Source: Aureliella sp. (GTDB taxonomy: Bacteria; Planctomycetota; Planctomycetia; Pirellulales; Pirellulaceae). From it: a DNA stretch of 64,000 bases. Location of the stretch: NCBI GenBank assembly GCA_963691875.1, contig OY829846.1, positions 3,200,001 through 3,264,000 on the forward strand, in the 5' to 3' direction. This document shows, in pieces, positions 9,750 through 20,024 of the stretch (position 1 is the stretch's first letter; every line of letters starts with the position of its first letter). The position numbers were made by a program, and so were the translations under genes. The notes under the pieces are model-generated. The model ran no database searches and was not told the DNA's origin. It was given only the letters and a program-made list of their open reading frames with translations.

Positions 9750-10943
9750 ATGACAAACGGGCCGTTAAATCGCAAGTTGAAAATGGGCTTGGTCGGCGGT
9801 GGGCAAGGCTCGTTTATCGGAAAAGTACACTCCATTGCGGCTTGCTTGGACAATCGAGCCGAAGTAGTCGCTGGAGCTTTCTCCAGCAATCCTGAACGCA
9901 GCAAAGCGAGTGCTGGTGACTACGACGTTTCCGAAGATCGAGCCTACGGCTCTTACCTAGAGATGTTTGAGAAAGAAGCCGCCAAACCCGAGGGCGAGCG
10001 AATCGACTTCATCAGCATCACGACGCCCAACCACGTTCACTTCGAAGTGGCCAAAGCCGCCATCGAAGCAGGGCTGAACGTAGTTTGCGACAAGCCAATG
10101 ACCTTCGATTTAGCTCAGGCGGAAGAGCTAGCAAACCTGGTTGACAACTCAGACGTCGTGTTTGCTTTGACTCATAATTACACCGGTTACCCGTTGGTTC
10201 GCCAAGCTCGCGAGATGATCCAGAATGGCGAGCTCGGCGAGATCCAAGCAATTCGCAGCAACTACATTCAAGGCTGGCTGCGAACTCGACTAGAGTCATC
10301 CGACCAGAAACAAGCGGCTTGGCGGACAGACCCAACCAAGAGTGGTGCAGCGGGTTGTTTTGGCGACATCGCTACTCATGCTTACAACCTAGGACGCTAC
10401 ATGACAGGCTTGTTGCCGGAGTCCATCTCCTGTCACTTGCGTACTTTTGAAGAGGGGCGTGCGCTAGACGACTACGGTACGGCGATTATCAAGTACCAGA
10501 ATGGCGGATTGGGTACGGTCACCGCTTCACAGATCTCTCATGGTCGTGAAAACGATGTGTTCATCGAGATTGACGGTACCAAGGGTGCTCTGCAATGGCG
10601 TCAAGAAGAGCCGAACGCGATGATCGTTCGTTGCAATGGTGAGCCGCATAAGATTTACACGCGAGATCCCAATGCTCCGTTTATGAATGGCTCCGGTCAA
10701 GCGGCTTGTCGTTTGCCGAGCGGCCACCCGGAGGCATTCTTTGAAGCCTTCGCAAATATCTACGGCGCGGCCTTTGATGCGATAATCGCCAAAACGCAGG
10801 GCGAGTCCGTTGAGCGAAAGGACACGGTGTATCCAAACGTTCATGATGGCGTCGAAGGGATGTTGTTCATCCAGCAGTGCGTGGAGTCGAGCAAGCAGGA
10901 TGGTGCTTGGTTGGATTTCAAGTGCGATCGCGCCCGAGTTTAG
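9750..10943 (+). CDS. Gfo/Idh/MocA family oxidoreductase
   Basis: [12 protein letters not shown]ossmann motif, [15 protein letters not shown] and GDIATH. GGAG Shine-Dalgarno upstream. Confidence 0.92.
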   Translation: MTNGPLNRKLKMGLVGGGQGSFIGKVHSIAACLDNRAEVVAGAFSSNPERSKASAGDYDVSEDRAYGSYLEMFEKEAAKPEGERIDFISITTPNHVHFEVAKAAIEAGLNVVCDKPMTFDLAQAEELANLVDNSDVVFALTHNYTGYPLVRQAREMIQNGELGEIQAIRSNYIQGWLRTRLESSDQKQAAWRTDPTKSGAAGCFGDIATHAYNLGRYMTGLLPESISCHLRTFEEGRALDDYGTAIIKYQNGGLGTVTASQISHGRENDVFIEIDGTKGALQWRQEEPNAMIVRCNGEPHKIYTRDPNAPFMNGSGQAACRLPSGHPEAFFEAFANIYGAAFDAIIAKTQGESVERKDTVYPNVHDGVEGMLFIQQCVESSKQDGAWLDFKCDRARV

Positions 10944-11039
10944 ACGCAGGCGTTGGCCGTAACGCTGTTGCGGCATTGAACCAAGGCAAAATGGTGCCTG
11001 GGGCTGATCGTAAAACAAACAATCCGCGTGGCCGAGGAA

Positions 11040-11870
11040 ATGGCGCAATATAATCGGGTGGTGATCGCTGGCGTTGGTCTCCTCGGAGGATCCATAGGCC
11101 TTGCTCTCAGGCGTCGCAGACTAGCGGAACAAATCGTTGGCTGGGGTCGCAAAGAAAGTCTCCAGCGTCCGGCGACCATGGCTTGCGTTGATGAAACCAA
11201 CGCCGATCTTCCTACTGCCTGCCAAGGGGCAGATTTCATCGTCATCTGCACGCCGGTAACCATGATTGCCGAGCTGGTTCAGCAGTGTGCCGCCGCCGCT
11301 TCCGCTTCGGCCAAAATCACCGACGTGGGGAGTACGAAGCTCCGAATTGCCGAACAATTGCAGTCGGTCACCAACTTTTGTGGTTCGCATCCCTTGGCTG
11401 GCGGGGAGAAGAGTGGAGCGGATTTTGCAGACTCAGACCTTTTCCTAAATCGCAGCTGCGTAGTGACTCCAGGCGAGTCAACCAGCGAAGAACTTGCGCT
11501 ATCCGTCGAACAATTTTGGGCTCAGCTGGGGGCAAAGACTCTTCGCCTGCCCGCTGCAGAGCACGATGCCGCCCTTGCAAGAACCAGTCACCTTCCCCAT
11601 ATCGTGGCCTCATGTTTGGCCGGAACTACGCCGGAATCTTTATTACCCCTAGCGGCAACGGGCTGGTCCGATACAACACGGGTAGCAGCGGGAGGTGTCG
11701 AGCTCTGGTTGCAAATCATTCAGGAAAACCGACTCCCGATTTTGGATGCCCTTCGCGGTTTTGGGCAATCCGTTCAGCATTGGATTGAGGCCGTAGAGCA
11801 AGATGACTCTGCGAAACTCGAAGAATTACTAAGCACAGGAAAACGCATTCGTGACTCTCTGGGAAATTGA
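11040..11870 (+). CDS. tyrA: Prephenate/arogenate dehydrogenase
   Basis: GVGLLGGSIG, TDVGSTK, GSHPLAGGEKSG, EHDAALARTSHLPH and DTTRVA. Confidence 0.9.
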   Translation: MAQYNRVVIAGVGLLGGSIGLALRRRRLAEQIVGWGRKESLQRPATMACVDETNADLPTACQGADFIVICTPVTMIAELVQQCAAAASASAKITDVGSTKLRIAEQLQSVTNFCGSHPLAGGEKSGADFADSDLFLNRSCVVTPGESTSEELALSVEQFWAQLGAKTLRLPAAEHDAALARTSHLPHIVASCLAGTTPESLLPLAATGWSDTTRVAAGGVELWLQIIQENRLPILDALRGFGQSVQHWIEAVEQDDSAKLEELLSTGKRIRDSLGN

Positions 11871-14742
11871 TATCCGTCCCGCCGATGGCCAATCAGATGT
11901 CGCTGGCGCTGGTCTTTCTGCCGAAGCTCGTGACCTCGGACTTGACGCCAATCTGAGCATCACGGCTGCTCACGGGTTTCTACTTCAAGGCGATCTTTCT
12001 GCCGAGCAGGCCCAACTCGCCGCAGACCGACTCTTGGCAGATCCGATCACCGAATCCACAACCGTGGCGAAAGTCGGTGAGCAAGAAGCTTCTTCGGAAG
12101 GCCACCTCGTTCATGTATTGCCGAAGCCTGGAGTGATGGATCCGGTTGCGATGAGCACGCTTCAGGCTCTGAAGGACATGAGTCTGCCAGTCGAGCAAGT
12201 CACAACGTTTCGCAAGTATCGGCTTTCGAATCTAGAAGTTGACGCAATGGAGCGAGTTTGCAGCAAGTTATTGTTCAACGACTCGATCGAGCGCGTCATC
12301 AGCGGGCCATTGAATCTGGAGCGTCTAGATGTCGGCGCAGACTACGACTTCGAGCTACTGACTGTTGAGATTCGTGAGCTCGACGACGAGCAGCTGATGA
12401 AGCTCAGCAAAGAAGGTCAGCTATACCTCTCTTTAGCAGAGATGCAGACGATCCAAAAGCATTTTCAGGAAGCGGGGCGGGAACCGACCGACATAGAGCT
12501 TGAGACGATTGCGCAGACGTGGAGCGAGCACTGCAGCCACAAGACCTTGGCTGGCCGGATCTCCTACAGCGATGAAAACGGCTCGCGACACTTTGAGAAC
12601 ATGCTCAAGGAGACGATCTTCGAGGCAACGCAGAAGATTCGTGCTGATCTGGGCGACAAAGACTGGTGCGTCAAGGTATTCTCGGACAACGCTGGGATCG
12701 TCACTTTTGATGACGAATACCACATTGTTTTTAAAGTGGAAACACACAATCACCCAAGTGCTATCGAGCCTTACGGTGGAGCCAACACTGGCATTGGTGG
12801 TGTCATTCGTGATCCCTTGGGGACGGGACTGGGTGCGAAACCCTTTTGCAACACAGATATTTTCTGTTTCGCACCCCCAGATACTGATCCCGAAAGCCTG
12901 CCGCCTGGCGTATTGCATCCTCGTCGAGTCATCAAAGGCGTCGTTTCAGGCGTTCGCGACTATGGTAATCGTATGGGGATTCCAACGGTCAATGGCGCCG
13001 TTTACTTCGACCCCCGGTATCTCGGCAATCCGCTTGTTTACTGCGGTAACGCCGGGCTGCTGCCTGTCGACAAAGTGGAGAAGGCTCCGCAGGCAGGTGA
13101 TTGGATTGTGGCCATCGGCGGTCGTACCGGCCGAGACGGCATTCACGGTGCAACATTCAGCTCTGCCGAACTAACGAGTGAAAGCGAGAGCATCTCAGGC
13201 GGCGCCGTCCAGATTGGCAACGCGGTCACCGAGAAGATGGTTCTGGACGTGCTGCTGCAGGCACGCGACGAAGATCTTTACTCGGCGGTAACCGACTGTG
13301 GAGCCGGAGGGTTTAGTAGCGCGGTTGGCGAGATGGGCGAGACGATCGGCGCCGAAGTCTGGCTCGAACGAGCTCCGCTGAAGTACGAAGGCCTGAGCTA
13401 CACCGAGATCTGGATCAGCGAAGCTCAGGAAAGAATGGTGTTCGCTGTTCCTCCAGCCAAGCTCGGACGGATGAGGGAGATTTGCGAGGCAGAAGGTGTC
13501 GAAGCCAGTGTGATCGGACAGTTCACTCCGACGGGCTTGCTGCGCCTAATGTACAACGGCCAGGAAGTTGGCGTGCTTTCGATGGAGTTCATGCACGACG
13601 GCCGGCCTCCAGTGATCCGTGAAGCAAGTTATGCCCCGCCAGAAGTGACTCAGACGGAAGTGCCTGCTCTGAATGCCTCCGAGGCAGATTCAGCACTCAA
13701 GAAGATTCTCGGTTCGCTGAATGTGGCCAGCAAGCATTGGATCATTCGCCAGTACGATCACGAGGTCCAAGGTGGAAGTGTTATCAAACCACTCTGCGGT
13801 CCTGAAACAAGTGGTCCAAGCGATGCTGCTGTGGTGCGACCGCGACTAGACAGTCGCCTAGGAGTCGTGATCAGCTGTGGAATGAACCCTTATTACGGTG
13901 ACTACGATCCGTATCACATGGCCGCCAGTGCGATTGACGAAGCGGTTCGTAATTGTGTGGCTGTTGGAGCCGATCCCAACAAGATCGCAATTCTGGATAA
14001 CTTCTGTTGGGGCAACACGGATCATCCTGAGACGCTCGGCTCTTTGGTGCGTGCTGCCTTGGCTTGTTACGATGTCGCCGTGGCTTGGAAGACGCCGTTT
14101 ATCAGCGGCAAAGACAGCCTGAACAACGAGTTCACCTGGATGGATGAAAGTGGCGAGAAGCAAAAGATTGTCATTCCGCCTTCTCTTTTGATTTCCGCCA
14201 TGGGTCAAGTGGCTGATGTCGCAAGTTGCGTGACAATGGACTTCAAGTCCTCTGGAAACTCGATTTACCTTGTCGGCGACACCAAGTGCGAGTTCGGTGG
14301 TTCTCACCTGTATCAAGCACTTGAACTCACCGGCGGTTCAGTCCCACAGGTTGATGTTGTCGCGGCGAAGAAGAATTTCGATTTCGTTCATGCGGCGATT
14401 GGCGCGGGTACGCTCCGAGCTTGTCATGACTTGAGCGAAGGCGGGCTGGCCACGGCGCTAGCCGAGATGGCATTCGCGGGGCATCTTGGCGCGGAGGTCA
14501 CGCTGCCGGATGGTTGTGCGACCAAGTTGTTATTCGCCGAGAGCAACAGTCGCTTTTTGGTCGAAGTGGCCGCCGACAAGCAAGCGGAGTTCGAATCGCT
14601 GATCGGCGATGCACCAGTTGTTAAGCTCGGTGAAGTCAACGCTGGACAAGAAATCAGAGTTCGCCAAGGCGACGGTGAAGTGCTTCGCAGCGACTGGCAA
14701 GAGTTGTTTCAGGCTTGGCATTCTCCGTTAGACTGGAGTTAG
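11851..14742 (+). CDS. purL: Phosphoribosylformylglycinamidine synthase subunit PurL with N-terminal PurS-like domains
   Basis: QTWSEHCSHKT, FKVETHNHPSAIEPYGGANTGIGGVIRD, DCGAGG, ISEAQERM, QYDHEV, SGKDS and HDLSEGG. N-terminal LLADPITE and KPGVMDPV resemble PurS. GTG start overlaps the tyrA end. Confidence 0.95.
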   Translation: MTLWEIDIRPADGQSDVAGAGLSAEARDLGLDANLSITAAHGFLLQGDLSAEQAQLAADRLLADPITESTTVAKVGEQEASSEGHLVHVLPKPGVMDPVAMSTLQALKDMSLPVEQVTTFRKYRLSNLEVDAMERVCSKLLFNDSIERVISGPLNLERLDVGADYDFELLTVEIRELDDEQLMKLSKEGQLYLSLAEMQTIQKHFQEAGREPTDIELETIAQTWSEHCSHKTLAGRISYSDENGSRHFENMLKETIFEATQKIRADLGDKDWCVKVFSDNAGIVTFDDEYHIVFKVETHNHPSAIEPYGGANTGIGGVIRDPLGTGLGAKPFCNTDIFCFAPPDTDPESLPPGVLHPRRVIKGVVSGVRDYGNRMGIPTVNGAVYFDPRYLGNPLVYCGNAGLLPVDKVEKAPQAGDWIVAIGGRTGRDGIHGATFSSAELTSESESISGGAVQIGNAVTEKMVLDVLLQARDEDLYSAVTDCGAGGFSSAVGEMGETIGAEVWLERAPLKYEGLSYTEIWISEAQERMVFAVPPAKLGRMREICEAEGVEASVIGQFTPTGLLRLMYNGQEVGVLSMEFMHDGRPPVIREASYAPPEVTQTEVPALNASEADSALKKILGSLNVASKHWIIRQYDHEVQGGSVIKPLCGPETSGPSDAAVVRPRLDSRLGVVISCGMNPYYGDYDPYHMAASAIDEAVRNCVAVGADPNKIAILDNFCWGNTDHPETLGSLVRAALACYDVAVAWKTPFISGKDSLNNEFTWMDESGEKQKIVIPPSLLISAMGQVADVASCVTMDFKSSGNSIYLVGDTKCEFGGSHLYQALELTGGSVPQVDVVAAKKNFDFVHAAIGAGTLRACHDLSEGGLATALAEMAFAGHLGAEVTLPDGCATKLLFAESNSRFLVEVAADKQAEFESLIGDAPVVKLGEVNAGQEIRVRQGDGEVLRSDWQELFQAWHSPLDWS

Positions 14743-14918
14743 CCGGGCCGATACCGCCACATATCTCCGACACAGCGACTCTACCTCTGGGAAAGTCGCG
14801 AGGGAAAGGAGCGGAGCGGGACCTTACCGTCGATTGGGCTCCGCCCCTCACCGAATATCCTCGTATGACTCGGAAAAAGGGAGGGTGACAACAGGATTCG
14901 ATTTCAGAGAGGGAGCTC

Positions 14919-16679
14919 GTGTCGGCCAAGAAACGCAAAAGCAAACCGAGCGGGGCAAGCAACCGCGAAACCGCGAAAGCTAAGGCTTCTAACGGCAGCG
15001 GGGCGAAGCAGGCGGTTTGGCCTGCCTATGTCAGTGCCCTGCTTCTCTGGCTGAGCTTTGCTCCCGCGCAGTTTAGCTTTCTGGCCTGGATCGCACCCAT
15101 CGGCTGGCTCAGTTTCATCGGCCGTGAAAAACTGGGTCGACGCGAATACTTGCATCTGTGGCTCAGCGGCAGCTTATTCTGGCTAGGGACGCTCGAAGGA
15201 ATACGCCTCGCCTACTGGCCCTTGTATCTCGGCTGGGTCGCTCTTTCCCTTTATCTAGCCGTCTACGTTCCACTTTTTGTCGGACTGACGCGTGGGCTTG
15301 TGAAAAGGAAAGTTCCGCTAGCTCTGGCTGGTCCGTTGATTTGGGTTGGCTTGGAGTTCGTCCGTAGTTACATGATAACGGGCTTCTGCGCTAACATGCT
15401 GGCACACACGCAGGTACCACATCCGTGGGTAATTCAAATTGCCGATCAATTCGGTGCCTACGGAATTAGTTTCGTTGTGATGAGCGTTGCAGTCGGCACC
15501 TTTGAAGCTTCTCAGTTTCGTAGGTCGCTGCCAGCTCCGAGTGAGCCAGAAACGTCTTCACCCAACGGATCAGGTAGGCTGGCCTTATTGCTACCTGGAA
15601 TCCTGCTCGGCGGCACTTTAGCGTATGGCCAATACAAGGTCAGTGAAGGCGATGCCTTGGCTGCCGAGCGAGAGCCGCTTCTGCGAGTTCTCTTGGTGCA
15701 AGAGAACACTCCGACCATGTTCGATGTGACGGAAGAGACCGTCATGTCCAGTTGGCTCAACTACTTGGATGCAACTCGTCGCGAGGCATCCAAACACGGT
15801 GGAGCAGACTTGGTCGTTTGGCCCGAGTCGACTTTTACCGCGGGCGTGCCATGGGTGGAACCGGAATTGCCCGATAAGCTACCGTCCGCCGATGGCTCCC
15901 CAATGGAGCGGGCAGGGGCAGTAACCTTCATTGACAAGACGATGCGTGAAATTGCGTTTCGCTTTTCCCAGGTCGGTGAAGCGGGCGCTGGCGTTGATCT
16001 AGGAACGAATGCCGAAGCGAAAAAATCGCATTTGCTGCTTGGGTGTGACTCACTGCGAATTGAGCCAGATCGTATCCATCGCTTCAACTCGGCGCTTTGC
16101 GTCAACTCCTTCGGAGAATTGATCGGCAAATACGACAAAGTGCATCGTGTGATGTTTGGCGAGTATTTTCCGCTAGGGTCTTTGCTTCAATTCTTACGAG
16201 AAATGTTTTCGACGATTGACGCGGGGAACGCACCGAAGTCCTTTGACGTCGAAGGTGTCCTGGTGTCGCCCAACATTTGTTTTGAATCAATGATGCCACG
16301 AGTCATCCAGCGGCAGGTGGCTCAACTTGCTGATAACAATGCAGCACCGGACCTGCTGGTGAATCTTTCCAATGACAGTTGGTTTCATGGTTCGGCAATG
16401 CTCGACCATCATCTCGCTTGTTCGATTCTGGTTGCGGTTGAGAACCGCCGGCCCCTCGTGGCGGCTGCGAACAGTGGAATTTCTGCCGAGATTGACGGCT
16501 GCGGCCGCGTTGTGCAGAGGACTGAAAAGTATGCAGTGACTGGGTTGCTGGCCGAACCGAAAGCAGATGGTCGAGGCGGCTTGGTTCAGAGCCTGGGGTA
16601 TCCGCTGGGCTGGGCTGGCCTTCTGGCTGTGCTGATTGCCTCAGTGTTGATTTGGTCCGCTAGGAAGAACAAAACCTAA
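14919..16679 (+). CDS. lnt: Apolipoprotein N-acyltransferase
   Basis: Multi-TM N-terminus, QIADQFGAYGISF, nitrilase-fold triad VVWPES / YDKVHRVMFGEY / ICFES, NLSNDSWF, AVENRRP and AANSGIS. Confidence 0.93.
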   Translation: MSAKKRKSKPSGASNRETAKAKASNGSGAKQAVWPAYVSALLLWLSFAPAQFSFLAWIAPIGWLSFIGREKLGRREYLHLWLSGSLFWLGTLEGIRLAYWPLYLGWVALSLYLAVYVPLFVGLTRGLVKRKVPLALAGPLIWVGLEFVRSYMITGFCANMLAHTQVPHPWVIQIADQFGAYGISFVVMSVAVGTFEASQFRRSLPAPSEPETSSPNGSGRLALLLPGILLGGTLAYGQYKVSEGDALAAEREPLLRVLLVQENTPTMFDVTEETVMSSWLNYLDATRREASKHGGADLVVWPESTFTAGVPWVEPELPDKLPSADGSPMERAGAVTFIDKTMREIAFRFSQVGEAGAGVDLGTNAEAKKSHLLLGCDSLRIEPDRIHRFNSALCVNSFGELIGKYDKVHRVMFGEYFPLGSLLQFLREMFSTIDAGNAPKSFDVEGVLVSPNICFESMMPRVIQRQVAQLADNNAAPDLLVNLSNDSWFHGSAMLDHHLACSILVAVENRRPLVAAANSGISAEIDGCGRVVQRTEKYAVTGLLAEPKADGRGGLVQSLGYPLGWAGLLAVLIASVLIWSARKNKT

Positions 16680-16823
16680 GCCCCGCCTGAGAACGGTTAT
16701 TTATGGGGGTGCGTATTTCGGTGTTCAGGAAGTGTCGCTGGGTAGGTTTATACCGATTTCGAAGGAAAATCAGGTCTTCGGCTGATGAGTCGAACAGATC
16801 GTTGGAATGATGTTCCTTAAAAT

Positions 16824-16852
16824 TTGACGGTCCGAACATGCGTAAATAGACT
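16824..16852 (+). promoter_or_regulatory. Candidate sigma-70 promoter for the 16931 gene
   Basis: TTGACG (16824-16829), 17 nt spacer, TAGACT (16847-16852). Confidence 0.5.
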
Positions 16853-16930
16853 ACTTCTGTATCCAGCCAGCCCGAATCGTAAGCGGCGGTACTCAACCTC
16901 GGATCAACCCCTCTTTTCTCGGATCCTAAC

Positions 16931-18418
16931 ATGGCAGTTCGCGACAGGAATCTATTTGCTTGGCAGGCGTACGTTATCACGATGTCTTTCGTGTCAGTCG
17001 GCCTTCTTGTCCTGACCTTCCTCCTCTGGAGCAAGAACAGCGCGGTCAGCAAGATCAACGAAGATCGGCAGACTCAGCTTACAGATGCTGGCAACAAATT
17101 CGCTTTAGAGGAGCAGCGTACAAGGCGCTTGCTGGCGATGATGGGTAACGATTACTTACCTGGCACAATGATAACCCCTCAAGAGCTTGAGAATATGGAG
17201 CAACAATTCAAGGATGACGAAAAGCTCGCGCAAGTTGAAAAAGACTACAAAGAAGCAATGGCTCTCTTTCCCCCTGGAACGAAACCGGAGGACCGGACTT
17301 TAATTCAGTTGCCAGAAACGCTCGTTGACGGCATCCGGCGCGTGAATGAAGACTTAGTTACTGCCAGAGGCGAGAGTGCTGCTCTTCAAGCAAAATTGGC
17401 TGCAGTGACAAAGACTGAGACTGAGGCTCGCCAAGCCGCCGTGGCGGCCAAGCTGAAGGCGGAGCAAGATCTGCAGGCAGCTCGCCAATCGCACACGACT
17501 GACCGCAACCGCTTGAACCAAGAGAAAGAAGCTGCGATCAAGAGCTTCAATGACTACCGTGGCACGGTCGAGCAAGAGAAGAAGGCTTTGCGAGACAACA
17601 TCACCTCGCTCACAAGCGCGAACGCTCGGCAGAAAGTAACGATCGACTCGCTCGCTGAGAAGATTCGTGAATACGAAAACATCAATTTCGAATCACCTCA
17701 GGGCAAGATCGTCAAAGTTCTCGACGGCGGACGCACCATCTGGATCAATCTTGGCAGAGCTGACGGGCTACAGCCTGGCGTTCCATTTGCCATCATCGAC
17801 GAATCCTCTGTACGAGCGGCCGAAGCAGAGCCGAAGGCAATGTGCCAGGTCACGCGAATCGTTAGTGAAGGACTGTGTGTTGCAGAACTGACTGTACCAA
17901 GCGACTACAGCAATCCTGTTGTCACCGGCGATATGGTTTATTCGCTTGCTTGGCGTGCTGGAATCAAACGTAAATTCGCTCTGGTTGGCATGATGGACGT
18001 CAACGGCGACCGTCGCGATGACGTCGAGCAGGTGAAGCAATTGATTCTCCGAAGTGGCGGCGAAATCGACGCTCATATGGACACCAACGGCACGGTCAAC
18101 GGCCCTGGCATTAGCCACAACACCACCATCCTTGTCCTCGGGACCGATACCGTATTCAACGCGAACGCTGGTAGTGAACTAACTCAGCAAAAGGCGAAGC
18201 AGGCGATGTATGCCAAATTCATTACCAAGGCACGGCAGTACAGCATGATGGAAATCTCACTCGACAAGCTGTTAGGTTACCTCCAAAACCAAGAGGGTGA
18301 TCGAACAATTCCGCTTGGCAACCGAATCAGTGCGGATAGCTTCCCGATCAAGGAAGAGCAGAATCCACCTGTTAGCAATGGCCCGGTCAGTGAGCTGTTC
18401 ACACCTCGCAAGCCTTAG
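16931..18418 (+). CDS. Membrane-anchored coiled-coil hypothetical protein with C-terminal beta-barrel-like and BRCT-like segments
   Basis: TM helix near the N-terminus, long heptad-rich region, then GKIVKV...IWINLGRADGLQPG and LILRSGGEIDA...TTILVLG. Confidence 0.75.
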   Translation: MAVRDRNLFAWQAYVITMSFVSVGLLVLTFLLWSKNSAVSKINEDRQTQLTDAGNKFALEEQRTRRLLAMMGNDYLPGTMITPQELENMEQQFKDDEKLAQVEKDYKEAMALFPPGTKPEDRTLIQLPETLVDGIRRVNEDLVTARGESAALQAKLAAVTKTETEARQAAVAAKLKAEQDLQAARQSHTTDRNRLNQEKEAAIKSFNDYRGTVEQEKKALRDNITSLTSANARQKVTIDSLAEKIREYENINFESPQGKIVKVLDGGRTIWINLGRADGLQPGVPFAIIDESSVRAAEAEPKAMCQVTRIVSEGLCVAELTVPSDYSNPVVTGDMVYSLAWRAGIKRKFALVGMMDVNGDRRDDVEQVKQLILRSGGEIDAHMDTNGTVNGPGISHNTTILVLGTDTVFNANAGSELTQQKAKQAMYAKFITKARQYSMMEISLDKLLGYLQNQEGDRTIPLGNRISADSFPIKEEQNPPVSNGPVSELFTPRKP

Positions 18419-18555
18419 CAGACCGCAACAATTCTCTTCTGAGGCAACCCCGAACGCTAGCTTCGGGTTTCCACAGCAATCCAGACTGATCGCTAGGATT
18501 GGCCCGCGGCGGGAGAAAATAGGGCTAAAATAATTCATGCGTTAAAAACGCGTGT

Positions 18556-18583
18556 TTGACTTTGCCAAAGCACCAATTAGACT
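18556..18583 (+). promoter_or_regulatory. Candidate sigma-70 promoter for the 18635 gene
   Basis: TTGACT (18556-18561), 16 nt spacer, TAGACT (18578-18583). The -10 hexamer is the same as in the 16824 candidate. Confidence 0.5.
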
Positions 18584-18634
18584 AAAGCGGATCCGGTCTG
18601 ACTTACCTAAACTAATTCTTTGAGCGAAATCGAC

Positions 18635-19669
18635 ATGACTCGCGCTTTTTCAGCGATTCTCTTGCTCGTTGCAACTGCTACAACCGCTTTTGCCCAATCA
18701 ACTGGTTCCTACCATAGCGGTTGGGGCTTTATGAACTCCGAAGGCATACTGGTTGGGGAAGCAACGATTGCTGGCACTCCTGTGATCGAAGGAACTGTGA
18801 CGATCCGTCACAATGGAGCTTTGATCGACACGGTCGCTGTTGACAAGTCCGGTAAATTTCAGATTCCGAACCTAAAACCAGCACTCTATGCGATCCGTTG
18901 TGACGCAAAGAATGGCTGCGGAGTCGTTTCTTTCCTCTTGCGTCAGGGCGAAGGGCAGGTTCGCCCAATGCAGCTGTACTGCTCCTCTGTGCCGAGTCAG
19001 AAAGTCAACGAGATTGTCGCTCGCCTGTGGTCACCCGCCATGGACGCTTCCAAGATTGTGTTCGGGCGGATCGAAGACTACCTCGCTAACCGACAAACGA
19101 CTCAGACAAAACGCGTTCGGTTGGACCGCGGAACTCTCAGCGTTCAAGTAGTGCTGCCTTCACCTGGCTCCGCTGAGTCTCACAGCGTGATCGGATTCCA
19201 GGACGGCAAGCAAGTCTTTGAAGAAGTTGTCGATGCGAAGGGTTTCGTTCGAATTCCAGATCTGAAGCCAGGTCTGTACGACATCGTGATAGCTGGCCAA
19301 GGCCACTGCGCATTGCAGGCAGAAGTTTTAGCGGGTCCAGAGGAAATTTCAGCTGTGACAAACAGCGATGTTCGATTGATCTCCGCTCAGATTCCTCAGC
19401 CCGAAGCTCCCTCAACCTTGTTCGCACCAGTCGTGATCATGGACAAGCCAGAAGCCGATGAGATTTTGCCGCCACCAACCGAATTGGCTCTGCCAGCTAG
19501 TGGTGCACCAGTCGGAGCAGGGTTTGCCGGTGGCGGTGGTGGCGGTGGTGGCGGAGGTGCCTTCGGCGGTGGAGCTCTTGGAGCTGCCGCGATCGCAATT
19601 GCTGCCGCTGCCCTCGCGGATGATGACGATGGTTTCAACCAGAATGCCTCAACTGGCTTGGCTCCGTAA
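18635..19669 (+). CDS. Secreted hypothetical protein with two carboxypeptidase-regulatory/prealbumin-like domains and a Gly-rich/hydrophobic C-terminus
   Basis: Signal peptide MTRAFSAILLLVATATTAFA, two copies of VD-x-x-G-x(2-3)-IP-x-LKP-x-LY, and a poly-Gly tract followed by ALGAAAIAIAAAALA-DDDD. Confidence 0.75.
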   Translation: MTRAFSAILLLVATATTAFAQSTGSYHSGWGFMNSEGILVGEATIAGTPVIEGTVTIRHNGALIDTVAVDKSGKFQIPNLKPALYAIRCDAKNGCGVVSFLLRQGEGQVRPMQLYCSSVPSQKVNEIVARLWSPAMDASKIVFGRIEDYLANRQTTQTKRVRLDRGTLSVQVVLPSPGSAESHSVIGFQDGKQVFEEVVDAKGFVRIPDLKPGLYDIVIAGQGHCALQAEVLAGPEEISAVTNSDVRLISAQIPQPEAPSTLFAPVVIMDKPEADEILPPPTELALPASGAPVGAGFAGGGGGGGGGGAFGGGALGAAAIAIAAAALADDDDGFNQNASTGLAP

Positions 19670-19697
19670 GAGTCACCTCACCCGTCGCAAACAATCC

Positions 19698-19728
19698 AAT
19701 CCGCAGGCTTTCCACCTGCGGATTTTTT
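19698..19728 (+). terminator. Intrinsic terminator
   Basis: aatccgcagg / cctgcggatt perfect 10-bp stem with a 7-nt loop, running into a T tract, about 30 nt after the stop codon. Confidence 0.8.
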
Positions 19729-20024
19729 GTGTCTCGATACGACTCTTCGTGCGAATCATGGTCCCTGAGTTCTTGCAAAACTTGCCTGCCATATACCGTG
19801 AATAGGTAAGGCATCTCAGTGGCCCAGCCACACAGGAACCCAACGCTTAGGTAAGCGACCAACAGTGCTTCTTCTGACGCATTAGGTTTCAAGCCCGCGG
19901 AAATCACAGTAACGCAAGGCTCTGTCTTGATTGGCCTCATGAGTTGTCGTCTACCTGATCGTCGGTTATCTTCGAAACGCCTGCAAACAGGGCAAAATTG
20001 AAGTCAGGAATTTTTGAGAAACGC

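Noticed and set aside
19985..20024. ACAGGGCAAA resembling the start of a c-di-GMP-I riboswitch
   Set aside because: The following GNRA-capped stem and receptor stem are not present.
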